From: Antedon mediterranea
Taxonomy: Eukaryota > Animalia > Echinodermata
Assembly: GCF_964355755.1 (NCBI RefSeq)
Contig: NC_092673.1
Span: forward strand, 19,403,648 to 19,467,647
Length of the DNA: 64,000 bases
Direction: 5' to 3'
Shown here: positions 52,501 to 64,000 of the stretch, piece after piece
Layout of the letters: each line of letters starts with the position of its first letter
Position numbering within the stretch: position 1 is the first letter of the stretch
The notes under the pieces: model-generated
What the model was told of the DNA's origin: nothing
The model's input: only the letters and a program-made list of their open reading frames with translations
Databases searched by the model: none
Program-made: the position numbers and the translations under genes

Positions 52501-55500
52501 AAATCATAACGGAAATACAGTGCACGTTACCGTTAAAATGTAGGCTTAAAAATTAGGTATGTATAAGTTGGTGTGGGTACGAGTTGGTTGAGGTAGGAGT
52601 TAGCCAAGTTGGGAATAGGTATGAGTTATTTTGGGTACGAGTTGACCACTTCTAGCCTAGTAGGGCCAGGCTGACCCCCTTGTGATACATTGCGATAGCG
52701 CCCACACATTGAGCCTTGAATTGAGTTTGTAATAGCTAGACTAGGCCTAAATGCTAAGCCTATATTTTAAAAGGTGTATACTGTATTTCTTTATGATTTA
52801 AGTTGTAGGCCGCTACTACAACTTACAATATTTATTATTAGTAGTAAGAAAACGTATAATACTGTAGTATTTCAAACAAGCTACCCTCTGATTAATAATG
52901 GAACGATCCATTTGACAATCTGGGTTTTCTAGTTTCATTCTGGAACTAGAAAACTCAGATCTTGATATGTGAGTTTTATAGATCTAGAAAAGTCAGATAT
53001 CTGAGTTTTCTTGATCTTAGCTTTCTAGACACCAGTTAAGATTACAAATTTTCAGTAGCTTTTTGCCACAAATCAAAAAATGTGTGTATACGGCCAAACA
53101 GCGTTGAAACACCGGTTTATGTCAGATCACCGAAGTTAAGCAATGTTGGGCCCGGTTGCATTCACGGCGGGTGCTGTATACCAGAAAGCGATGGTGTAAT
53201 GATAATATCAGACTAGCATGTAATAGGCATGGGTTCAAATCTATCGGTACCATACAACTGTATCCTTAGGCAAGATGCTCTCATTGCCTCGTCCTTCGGA
53301 TTGGATGTAAACTCGTCTCGTGATCTGGTAGGCGCTGCACTGCTGCCTAATCCGAATTTCCTCAGTTTTCAGTTAGGCTTCAGGACAACTATTATTATAA
53401 TACCTTTACCTTTTACCTTTATGAAAGTCTTTATTCATTCATTCATTCATTCAATCTTTTATTTCGGAATCTCTGGTCCATAGAAAGTAAAAATTACATA
53501 TATATGAAATAAAATAAACAAGACTAATTACTACTACTCATCTCAGGATGGCATTCCACCTGGAGAGCATCTTCGACTTAACTAAGACGTTGCTTATAAT
53601 CGTTGAGACTAAAACATTTTCGCTTGCATTTAGTCTACCCATCAGGCCATATATTGATTTTTTTAACAATTCATAAAAAGAAGGAATTCTACATTCCGTA
53701 AACATAAGGCTGGCACTGCAATGTCGAGGCATTTGTTGCAACAATACAATTTAAAATAATGTTTGTTCATATGTTGTCAGAATATTAATCTGTCAATATT
53801 TGAATATTTTTGCAGATGTTCATAACACTACAAGCACTATACATTGTTGTGTTTGATCTCAGTAAACCATTGGATGATCTTGCTACTTTCATTGATTCTA
53901 CTGGAGTAAGTATTTCTAGAGCATGGCAGCAGTAAGGCATTGTGATTGAACAAGTCTTCTAATTTATAAGAACATGCATTTTATGCATTAAAATTTTAAT
54001 ACCTTCCAAATAAGATGTACAGTAGTAATGAATGCTTTCAAAAACTAACCATTTCAAGTTTAACTGTGGTTAAGTGTTCTCATAATGTTTTTTTTTTTAC
54101 AGGAAACGTGTAAACATCATTGGACCAATCTGCAGTTCATATTATCTTACATCCTGTCAGTTTATTCTCATAGTCGTATTGTGGAAGAAGATGAAGAGAA
54201 TGAAGTTCACAAACCAACTATCCTTATTGTGGGTACACATAAGGGTAAGCTTGGTGAGACTGAAGAACAACAAAATGTTGAGGTTAATGCTTCTTTTTTT
54301 TCTACATTATTAAAGATAGCGATAACCAAAGATACGTTGCTGCTCTAAAAGTAAATTTAACAAAAATTAGAGTACATATTTATAACTTAAGCCATCACAT
54401 AAAAAGTTTAAATTTAAATCTTACTTAAAATAAATTACAGAATTTACACATTCGTATATAGATGTAAATCTTTATTTACAAACAGGCAGAAAAGATGTTT
54501 AAAAAGATTCAAGATGGGCTTAAAACAAAACCCTATGGAAAACATGTGTACCAATATTTTGCCATTGAAAACAGCCAAGAAACGACAGATAAGAGCTTTA
54601 GTGATCTCAAACAAGTTATTGATGACCTTATGAAAGCTTTAGAAAAGGAAATTCCTTTAAAGTGGATGCGTTTTCGATGTGGACTAGATGATCTAAGGAG
54701 AGAAAAACAGCCCTCTTTTTCTTTGTGTTCTTTAGAAGAGGTAAAGGTTATTTTTTATCATTCTTCAAAACATTTTAGGAAATAATATTGTATAGAATAT
54801 TTATCAAGTATCTATTAAAAAGAAAGTCTAAATATAATTTTCAAAATGATCTTTATACTGGAATTTGTCATAACCATTTAAATAACAATATTCAAGATCA
54901 TAATTTCATCTTTTATATATGTTGCCATTGTTTTATTTATAATTGTTACTAAATACTGACCTAATAATTGACAAAATTCCTGATAATTGCTTAGTTTTTT
55001 TTCGTGCCACTATCGAATAACATTGTTTTTAAAACATGCACAAAAATAATAGAAAAAAGTATACTTTGTATAATTATTTATTATTACATCAATTAATATG
55101 AATTTATATATGTAACATTTATTTATATTCTCTACACTGAATTACCAAAAAGTGTTATTTACTAAAACAATTGATGCTGTTAAAGACCAAAATAATGTTG
55201 GTAATAAATACATACCTACATCTTACAAAAACTGAATAGGATTTCATTAAAAAAAATCTGATTAACACTAATTTTTAAAGCTCAAAACCCTGGCAAGTAA
55301 TAATGGTATTGTTGACAAAAAACCCAAATCAGTCCTGCTTATAAACTTGCACGATCATGGTGAAATTGTTTACATGCCTGACAACGAATTACTAAGCAAT
55401 AAAGCAGTGTTAGATCCAATGAGACTGGTTGAAATTGTTACGACATTTGTAACTGTGGTTCCCCCAAAAAAATCTGTAAGTAGACTCATGTAATGTCTTG

Positions 55501-57639
55501 CATTTTAAAAACGTGTTACAGTAACATAATTACTCCTGTTCTGTGCTAAATTTCTTGCTGTTCTATATATAAGTATGCTGGAAGACATCATTTGCAATTG
55601 ACTAAAGTTTTAATTATCTTACTTTCATTGTATTATAATTGAAAAAGTGAAAAGCACAGCAACAAACTACTGTAATTTCACAACTGCATTATACACATAA
55701 CATTCATATTATTTATTTATTCATATTATAAAAGTTTACTATATTTGTTGACTATTTCCAACATCCTTCCTGCCTCCCTCTTGATTCCCTCCTGCCACTC
55801 TGTAATAACAACACAAAATATCAATTTTTTTTTAGTTCGGTATGTTTAATGAATCTTTTGATAAGCTTGACAAAGGCATACTGGAAGAAAGGTTGTTGCG
55901 AACATTATGGAAAAAGCGTAAAATTGACGACGGAAAGAATTTTGAGTTTCTTGTAGCACTGATGATTCAATTAGGTTTCATTTGTGAGAGAAAGACAACC
56001 AGCAGCCAAGATGTGGCAAGTACATCTACAGTAGGTTTTGTTCATTTATCTTTTCTAACATGTATATTTTGTATGCAAGATTATGTAAAAAATACTTTTT
56101 TTGGGATGATACATAATTGGTGATTTTACATAACATTTCAAAATATTTGTAGAGCTATATGATATATTTTGATTAAACCTGAAGAAGTTTTTATCATGTA
56201 TCATCTTTAGTTTTCATTAAAGAATTGTAAATGGCATTTTACAAATCAACAATTTCAGGAATTGGTTGTGAAGCGATCATTCTTTGTGCCACTACGCCTT
56301 GCTTTTAAGACATCAAGTGAAGTGAAACCAGTGCCTGATGATTCACAATCTATCAGTATCTATTACGACTTTAAGGGATATCTGCCAGATGTTTTGTTTC
56401 CATATATGATTATTGATTTCCTCAACAAATTTCAAAAGAAAGGAGTTGACCCAATACTGTCATATAATCATGCTGAACTTGACTTCGACCAAGATCATGA
56501 TGTGACTTTATCTCTTGTCAAATTCATAACTAAGGAGGATGAAAGAAAGTTCTTGTTAAAGGTACTGTATCATAAAATTTGAATTTGAATAAGTCATAAT
56601 TTATTCTAAGCATAAACTCAATTAAAATATCAAAACATCATGTTTCTTCTTTTTTTAGGTGACTATTAAAAGAACTCCTGCTTGTAATGAAACAAGTAAT
56701 GATGAACCCTCTTCTGAAGCATGCAAAGAGGTTTGTTCATTTCAGTTTGGAGAACTATATATTTTTTTTATAGATGTTTTGGTTGATATTGAGGTTGTTA
56801 TAATATTACATAGTTTAAAATAATTTAAACATTTAAAATAATTTTTGTGTAATTCTTTTAGCGGTGTCATCTTAATTTGTATTTTACTTTGTAATTCTGT
56901 AGATTGGTTTAGTTTTCAATAATAAATAAGGTTTGAGGATTAAATAAGGATTAAGGTTGTAAGCTGGAGTCACACCTAAGCCCACTATTGCTAAGATCTA
57001 TCATTTATAAAGTTAAAACTTTATTGATTTCATTATATATATATATAATATAACATTGATTAGTAACAATTGATATAAAAACATCTTTAAAGTTAAATTA
57101 TAAAATGATTTTAATATAATATCAATTTAAAGTACAAGAAACTTAAAGTACAGTTGTCAAAACTAGTTGTGATTGACTTTTTTAATATATAACATTAATT
57201 AATAACAAATGATTTATAAAAACGTCTTCAAAAATTCACTAGATTTGTATTTTAGATATTTATTTTATTTGTTGTTGTTTTAGTTTTCCCTTTTATTGTA
57301 TTGTAAATTTTTAGTGAACACAACATTTTAAGAATTTGTGCTGCTGATTCAAAGTTGCTACATTAAGTATGTGTTTAATTGTCATATAGTGTTAATTGCA
57401 GTTTACCAATTTATATTTCTAGGTTTTGTTAACGATCCAGAAGTCATTTGAACCTTCTAAAGATGGTGGTAGAAGAGGGATTCAATATGAGAGATGCATA
57501 CTTTGTGATGTATGTAGTGATACATCAGAAAAGAAGCACATTCTAAATCTTGAAGATTTCCAGTATAGAAAGTTAAAATGCACCAAAACTGGCAAGTCTG
57601 TTACGATGGATGTTTCACGTTACAAGCGGCTATTTGTAG
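40593..57639 (+). CDS. Roco-family protein, unit 1 (ROC GTPase, COR, Cys-rich tail), spliced
   Basis: GT-AG exons in one frame: 40593-40608, 47239-47331, 48611-48758 (or its identical copy 49248-49395), 49744-49829, 50175-50239, 50432-50507, 51453-51610, 53816-53905, 54103-54282, 54486-54740, 55281-55475, 55836-56030, 56259-56561, 56659-56730, 57423-57639. Motifs: GQEGVGKT (G1), TDGI (G2), WDHGGQ (G3), LYIVVFDLS, IVGTHKG (G4), FAIEN, IPLKW and LHDHGEI...LDP (COR). The first two exons are the least certain. Confidence 0.85.
41530..44200 (-). pseudogene. Degenerate LINE RT fragments (intronic), partly duplicated
   Basis: YTYLEV, VLPILIYGSETWG and AVRSELGR are RT C-terminal motifs at 43146-43529, with a partial copy at 41811-42020. 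Confidence 0.7.
45023..46605 (-). mobile_element. Non-autonomous Helitron-like element
   Basis: CTAG next to hairpin AACTCGTCACTTTGACGAGTT at the left end; related to 12707-13390 in the opposite orientation. Confidence 0.55.
47817..49500. repeat. Recent tandem duplication including the P-loop exon and a Helitron-like 3' end
   Basis: Blocks start at 47817, 48813 and 49451. The second unit has an internal deletion. Hairpin plus CTAG at 48515-48544. Confidence 0.85.
52390..53034. mobile_element. MULE-like MITE
   Basis: GGGTGTCTAGAAA...TTTCTAGACACC termini with a 9-bp TSD GTTAAAATT/GTTAAGATT (one mismatch). Confidence 0.65.
53086..53420 (+). mobile_element. 5S rRNA-derived plus tRNA-derived composite SINE
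   Basis: 53086-53181 matches 5S rRNA (TACGGCC...GATCACCGAAGTTAAGC...GGGCCCGGTT...GGGTGCTGTA). It is followed by a tRNA-like part (TGGTGTAATG...GGTTCAAATC), a TGTATCCTTAGGCAAG core and an (ACCTTT)n tail. Confidence 0.75.
53430..53745 (-). pseudogene. LINE 3' fragment with (TGAA)n tail
   Basis: Short RT C-terminal-like ORF (CSASLMF..IPSF..LL), AATAAA and microsatellite tail. Confidence 0.6.
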
Positions 57640-57769
57640 GTAAGAGTAATATATATACAAGTTTATTTTCATTTATTTATTTGACCAATAACAATAAACT
57701 GAATGAACAAAATGATTATTATGTAATTTAATTAAACAAACACATACAAATTATTATTTTTTTTTTTTA

Positions 57770-58440
57770 TTTTTTTTTTAAAACCAGAAACAACAGCAGA
57801 AACAAATCCGCCACTTACAGCTTGGTTTAACAGATACAAAACAATTACAACAACTCAGAAACACTTAAATTACGACGAGACAGATAAAGATTGGAATTAA
57901 AAATGTCAATATGGGGATGGGCCTGGACTAAACTATTATAATATAAACTTAATCTACTGATGTAACCATTTTTTAGAACATTGACTCTACTAAAGGGAAC
58001 ACAAAGGATACTATTGTTTCTTAAATTACGGGCGGGAACACGAATACCGAAATTGGAGATAAAGTTGCAGTCAAAAATAGAATGAAGACATTTAAAAAGA
58101 AAAATAAGATCATTGTGACATCTACGTAATGAAGGGGGAGATATAGGATATATTTTTTTATCATCACAATTATAAAGATTGTTACATTTAAAAAGATTAT
58201 TCTGATTGTGGTTGTGGCTGATGTAGCGCAAAAATCTAGAATAGAGTCGGTCAATACGTGAGGCTTGGGTTTTGGAGATTGAATTGTAAATAACAGAACA
58301 AAAGTCTAAATTAGGTTGGATTAAGGTGATATATAGATAAACTTTGGAAGAACGACCGAGATATTTTCCATTGCGCCACATCAGCCCAAGCAGCTTATTG
58401 CATTTATTTAGAAGATGATCAACATGAAAAGTAAATATCT
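57770..58440 (-). pseudogene. 5'-truncated CR1/Jockey-group LINE RT fragment (intronic)
   Basis: FHVDHL..K..KLLG, LY..LI.P.LDFCS, SLRR..NDLIFLFK and RVP.R.LR motifs, with an A-rich tail. Confidence 0.75.
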
Positions 58441-58990
58441 TCATTCCTCTAATACCAGTAGTAGTACTATCATAATCATTATTGAACCTATACATTGTTA
58501 CAACATGCTGCTATTAGCTGTGATATCTTATTCCTCTTACCAGTAGTAGTACTATCAGAATCATTATTGATAATCCATGCATTGTTACAACATGCTGCTA
58601 TTAGCTGTGATATCTTCATTCCTCTTACCAGTAGTAGTATTACTATCAGAATCATTATTGATAATCTATACATTGTTACAACATGCTGCTATTAGCTCTG
58701 ATATCTTCATTCCTCTTACCAGTAGTAGTACTATCAGAATCATTATTGATAATCTATAAATTGTTACAACATGCTGCTATTAGCTGTGATATCTTCATTC
58801 CTCTTACCAGTAGTAGTACTATCAGAATCATTATTGATAATCTATACATTGTTACAACATGCTGCTATTAGCTGTGATATCTTCATTCCTCTTACCAGTA
58901 GTAGTACTATCAGAATCATTATTGATAATCTATACATTGTTACAACATGCTGCTATTAGCTGTGATATCTCCATTCCTCTTACCAGTACC
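58430..58990. repeat. ~88-bp tandem repeat, about 6 copies
   Basis: CATTGTTACAACATGCTGCTATTAGCTGTGATATCTTCATTCCTCTTACCAGTAGTAGTACTATCAGAATC... is repeated. Confidence 0.92.
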
Positions 58991-59174
58991 GTAGTTCCCC
59001 GGGTATAATCCCACCCCCCTTGTACGTGAAATTTGCCCGAATTTGGGAGGTGGGACTATACCCGGGGATTTCCCGTTGCATGAACTGAAAATGACGATAT
59101 TTCTTCTAGCTACGATTTAGGCTATCTAAAAGCTATATTCCGATGTAGGCCTAGCAATTGATAATCTATACATT

Positions 59175-59671
59175 AGGGAGTTTTCGCAATCTTACGAATA
59201 TGATAACGAAAACGGATACGTCACGCACACGTATCCGTTTTTCGTAAGCCAGTAAAAATCTGTTTCGCATGGCAACAAAATATTGAGGGCGCCGTCCAAA
59301 ATATGACTGCGGTAAATTTGAGCGAAGCGCAGGTACGTGTTACTTGGTGGCCTAGGCCTAGCGTAGCATCAATGCGAGTGAGGACTTTAAAAACTGCTAT
59401 TTATCAAAATTTACCTGGAATTTTAGTAAATTACTTTAGTAAATTACTTTCAATAAAAGTATAATTATATTATAATCATGAATCATTCCTGATTCAAATG
59501 CAAAATGTGCAAAATAGATCAAAAACTATACTCGTTTTGTAGTTACGAATATGACTGGTGATATTCATCAACACGAATATGCTTTACGAATATGAAATGG
59601 GGATCAGCTCAAAAGTTTCACAAATGTGTGACGTTTTCGTTATCGTATTCGTACGGTTGCGAAACCTCCCT
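59175..59671. mobile_element. MITE (PIF/Harbinger-related) with 3-bp ATT TSD
   Basis: AGGGAGTTTTCGCAA...TTGCGAAACCTCCCT termini. Removing the element restores the 88-bp repeat unit. Confidence 0.75.
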
Positions 59672-59993
59672 ATTGTTACAACATGCTGCTATTAGGCGTC
59701 ATGTCAAAATGACTATGCATGAAACGTGTATTCTTTTGTTCTTTAAACTTGACTATGACTTCCAATTGTGAAACAACGTGAAAAACACTAATATGCACAG
59801 CTCATTATTAGTCCCGCCCCCACTGCATGCTTGACTAAATATTATTATTAATATTAATTCTGATATTATATGTGTATATTTATCACAAATGAAAGAAAAA
59901 GCATTTTATTCAAAATACTCTTAAAGACATGCTTGATAGTTAATTTTACTTGATTTACATTAATAGTGTGAACATTTTAATTGTTTTTGTTAG

Positions 59994-62894
59994 ACCATAT
60001 TCCATCTGCTATTATTGCTCGTGGTACAGATGTTAAGAAAGCGTACAATGAAGCCTTGAAAGAAGGTAGGGTCAATGTCAATCTTGGAATGCTTAAGGTG
60101 ATTGGACAGGAAGGAGTTGGTAAAACGTGCCTCCTCAATGCATGTCTTGGGCTGAAGTAAGTAATATTTTCAAGTACAGTAAAAGGAACATTCAGTACTG
60201 TAGTTGTTTTATAGCCTTGCATATACTAATCATCTTTAATTTGTTTTTATATTGACTTTTATAATGTTATAAATTTTGCAGTACACCATGTGTGAACAGA
60301 ACTGTTAATTATTGATTTCAAATTATTGTATTTACTTCAGATTTGAGGAAAAACATATTGTTACAAATGGAATAGCAGTGACTAGGACTGTAAGCACAAC
60401 ATGGAAAGAGGCTGAAGCTGATAGTGGTAAACATGAATACATTTAATAGTATTATTATACAATCATTAGACACAAACAGTCCCGAAGTGGAATGATATTG
60501 CATTTTAAAGCTCTAAAACAAGTTAGCTATAGACTCAATTCTCCTTCGTAAAACCATGACCATTTTTGGCCACCATTGAAAAGCTAAAATAGTAAATTAA
60601 AAGACCACATTTATTTGAATAACGCGTTTATTGTTTACTGTTATTGTTTATTGTTTGGGGGAAGGGGAAGGCATAATTAAATTATTAAATTAGTCCGACT
60701 GTTAAAATGTGATGTAAGATTAAAGTAACGATTGTGAGGCATTTGATAAATAGGCAAACTGCCTTAAAATGTCTAGACATGTTTCGAGAAACTATTCTCA
60801 TCATCAGAACAGAAAACAACACCTGATGATGAGAATAGTTTCTCTAAACATGTCAAGACATTTTAAGGCAGTTTGCCACAATCGTTATTTTAACTTGAAA
60901 GTTTGGCGGAATCATACATGATTTATCTAATGTAAGATTGAAAATCAATTATCAAGGTATTCACTAAATCAAACCTAAGACCTACACAAATATGTATACA
61001 CTTTGTTTTTTTAATAGGTAATCCCTCACAACAGTATAAAAAAGTGGTCACTGACAAAATGATGAGTGAAATGGAAAGTTCAGCTATAAACGTATGTCAA
61101 AACATGTTATAAAATTAATGAAGTAGTTTTACAGGACTTTTGTGCAATAATGAATCAATGAAATGTTAATTTAATTTTCTAATGATTTAAGAATTGTATT
61201 ATTATTTGGTTTGAAGAGTAAGTTTTTGACGAAAGCAGTATTCAAGGTTTGATAAACAAATTTATTTCTTTTATTAGGAAAGTCCTAATGAATCAACTGA
61301 GAGTTTAGGTAAGTTTTTTATAATATTTATTATTAAACTGTAAATATGTATAAATGTTTTAGAAATTTGTTTAATGGTTTCATCCTACCTCTTCCATTCA
61401 TTGAAAAATGTATTGTTGTTATTAGAATTGAACACTGAAACAACTGCAAATAATGCAGAACAAGATGATACACCAAATGAGACAGATGTGAGTACAGTAC
61501 TGTCATTTAATTTATAATAATCTAGAGTAGCAAACCAATAATTAGGAGGGAAAATGTTAAAAAATATGTATTTTATTTTTTGTTTTGTTTTTTGTATCAG
61601 GTTGACAAGAACTCGACTGTAGAAGGTATGTAACTTCTCTTTAAATTCTCTTCATAAATAATAGCATTAATATACAGATACAAAAAAACTTGATTTCATC
61701 CTTCACAGAAAATTTACAAGGTCGCAGTTAAAAAATATCATCAATATTTATGATATTAAAAAATATTAATAATTTAAGAAAATATCTTTCAGGATTGGAT
61801 TTCATGCTAAGTACATCCATCAACAAGTTTGACAGAGACAAACTTATCCAGAGTAGTTCAGGTAATTTTATAATTGTTATTACATTCATACATATATTAA
61901 TGGTTTTGAAATTATTACTACTATTGTCAATTTATATTTTCCCATTTATTGAAAAATACTTCCTATACTTAGGAATGAACGCTGTAACAACTGCAAATAA
62001 TGCAGAACAAGGTGATACACCAATTGAGACAAAGAAAGATGTGAGTACAGTACTGTCATTCATAATATATATATAGTAGATTTGTAGGAAGGTAGTAGTA
62101 AGTTGAAATTACCAATCATAACTTTAGAAATTATGAGCAAAATAAAAAAAGACAGTCAAAATATTACTTATTGTACTTCATAGTTTTATTTTATTTTATG
62201 TGTCAGGTTGGCAAAAAATTTAGTGCAAAAGGTATGTAACATTTCCTCATGTAATTTTCATTCAATAACACTTAATTAGTAGATGATGATGTAGAGTTGA
62301 ATGACTGACTTTTTATGTGCAGTTCTGAGAAACAAAAATGAATAGTTCACAAATTTGTTTGCTTATCGAAATTTGTATTGACAATTTCGTATGAATCATT
62401 TGTTTATTCAACCAACAAACAATAATGTAATATATAATAATGTCATACATTATAGGCTCATAAGCAAAATATATTGAACAACAGAGGACATGTTATTTAA
62501 TATTTTGGCCCATATTGAAGATGCATATACAGTAACTCCAGATTTTAATCAGTTTTTGTGACCAATATATTGATTTCCCTAAAAAACAATAGGCATGTTC
62601 TTTCATTTTTAAATGAAAACAAATTTGAGCCAATAACTATTGTACTATTAACAACAAACAACAAGAATGTGAAAGAAATAATAATAAGACTACTAAAAAG
62701 AAGATGTCATGTGTTATGTGACAAAAAAACCCACTGTTTTCATTATAGGTACTAAACCTGTACGCTTTGATGCAGATCAGCCATTAGATAAAGAAGTAAT
62801 TCATGATTTTGAGCAAAAGAAATTTAAAAGCTTGGAAAATACATTTAACATCTGGGATCATGGAGGACAGTTGATATACCATGGTATACATAGT
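59994..62894 (+). CDS. Roco-family protein, unit 2 ROC domain (continues past window), in frame with unit 1
   Basis: Exons 59994-60156, 60341-60426, 61018-61091, 61278-61308, 61426-61487, 61601-61625, 61793-61861, 61973-62040, 62207-62231 and 62749-62894 give an open frame containing IPSAIIARG...GQEGVGKT, TNGI and WDHGGQ. Confidence 0.82.
60727..60886. repeat. Palindrome containing two inverted hammerhead cores
   Basis: Arms 60753-60807 and 60823-60877 each carry CTGATGA-T-GAGAA/TTCTC-(G/T)AAAC-ATGTC. Confidence 0.7.
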
Positions 62895-64000
62895 GTAAGT
62901 TCAGATATTCAGCATTATAGTAGAGAGGCCAAATACACAAAAGTCCTCTATAAAAAGTTTGGGGGGCATTTTTTGTTAATAGCAGGCAACCATGTTGAAT
63001 GTATCCTTTGTGGGGTGACAAAAACGATAGGGGTGGATGCCATCTTCAGTTTTGGGTTTTAAGGTCAGTTTATGTGGTCAAGAGGTCAAACAATGTCAAA
63101 ATATAGGATTTTTTTTTATTCACGGAAAATCATCTACATTATCAGATCTATCCAAAAAGGTATATCTGAAGATCAACTGATGCTTCATATTATAGTAATT
63201 ATGAGATAAACATTTAATTTTACACATAAAAACATAGGAAATTAAATATAAAAGTGTCATTTCTCAAAATGTTGTTTTCACATATTTCTGTAAAGTACAC
63301 ACAGTTTTTTAATAGGCTTTTCCCAGTCTGTTGTAAATTTGTCTTTTTCATGTTGTCCACCAGTCGTTTTGATTTTTGTCGGGAAAAAATAGGTCAAGTG
63401 TTATATGTATGAAACGCCATATGTGCCAAAAGATTGGTCTTTTACTATAATATTAATATTACCTATATTAATTAATGTAATACAGTAATATTTAGAATTT
63501 TGTTTTTAGAAAAATTATTAATATTACCTATAATAATGTAATAATACTTAGAAATTTGTTTTTAAAAAAATTTCGAAAACAGAGACCTAATGTCGAGATG
63601 TTTTTGTTTGGGTCAGAGACTCCCTATAATGTAACTATTTAAACATTTTTTCATTATTTCAATGATACAAGTTTTTATTGAAGTTTGTTGTTTCAAGAAA
63701 TCTCGAAAGAGAAACCTGGGTATCGAGTCTTTGCTTTCAAAAACCTAACTATTGGACTTTATCAAGGTTGGAAGGAGTGGTAATTGGGGACTTCTTTTCT
63801 TCTTGAGGCCTTCGCATCTATGCTATCATGGCTGACGGTGATAACAAATATAAAACTCCTTAAGTAATTAAGAAGTCCTTTATACACATGGATAAAGACG
63901 GTTTTAACGTTATTTAGAAACATTACGTTACGTACTGTGTCCAGGTATGAAATCCATCTCTCCAAAAAGACATAAACGCACTTGAAGAGGACAACGTCAT

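Noticed and set aside
53086-53181. Functional 5S rRNA gene
   Set aside because: It has an internal deletion and substitutions, lacks a T-run terminator and is fused to a SINE body.

Overview
AT-rich eukaryotic genomic DNA, probably a marine invertebrate. An echinoderm origin is only inferred, from the repeat types. The first ~39 kb is a dense, nested transposon field. It holds a Copia 5' end, foldback/MITE elements, a solo LTR, a Merlin-like element containing a Mutator-like element that contains a near full-length CR1/L2-group LINE, a near-intact tyrosine-recombinase (Ngaro/DIRS-type) retrotransposon with an extra SGNH-hydrolase ORF, minisatellites and Penelope-type hammerhead ribozyme motifs. 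From 40.6 kb to the window end there is a spliced + strand Roco-family gene. Using GT-AG sites I can read one continuous frame from ATG 40593 through a complete ROC GTPase-COR unit and on, in frame, into a second ROC domain. This predicts a tandem ROC-COR polypeptide with no LRR or kinase domain in the visible part, a micro-exon-built variable insert inside the GTPase domain and a perfectly duplicated P-loop exon. All gene models are manual and lack transcript support.
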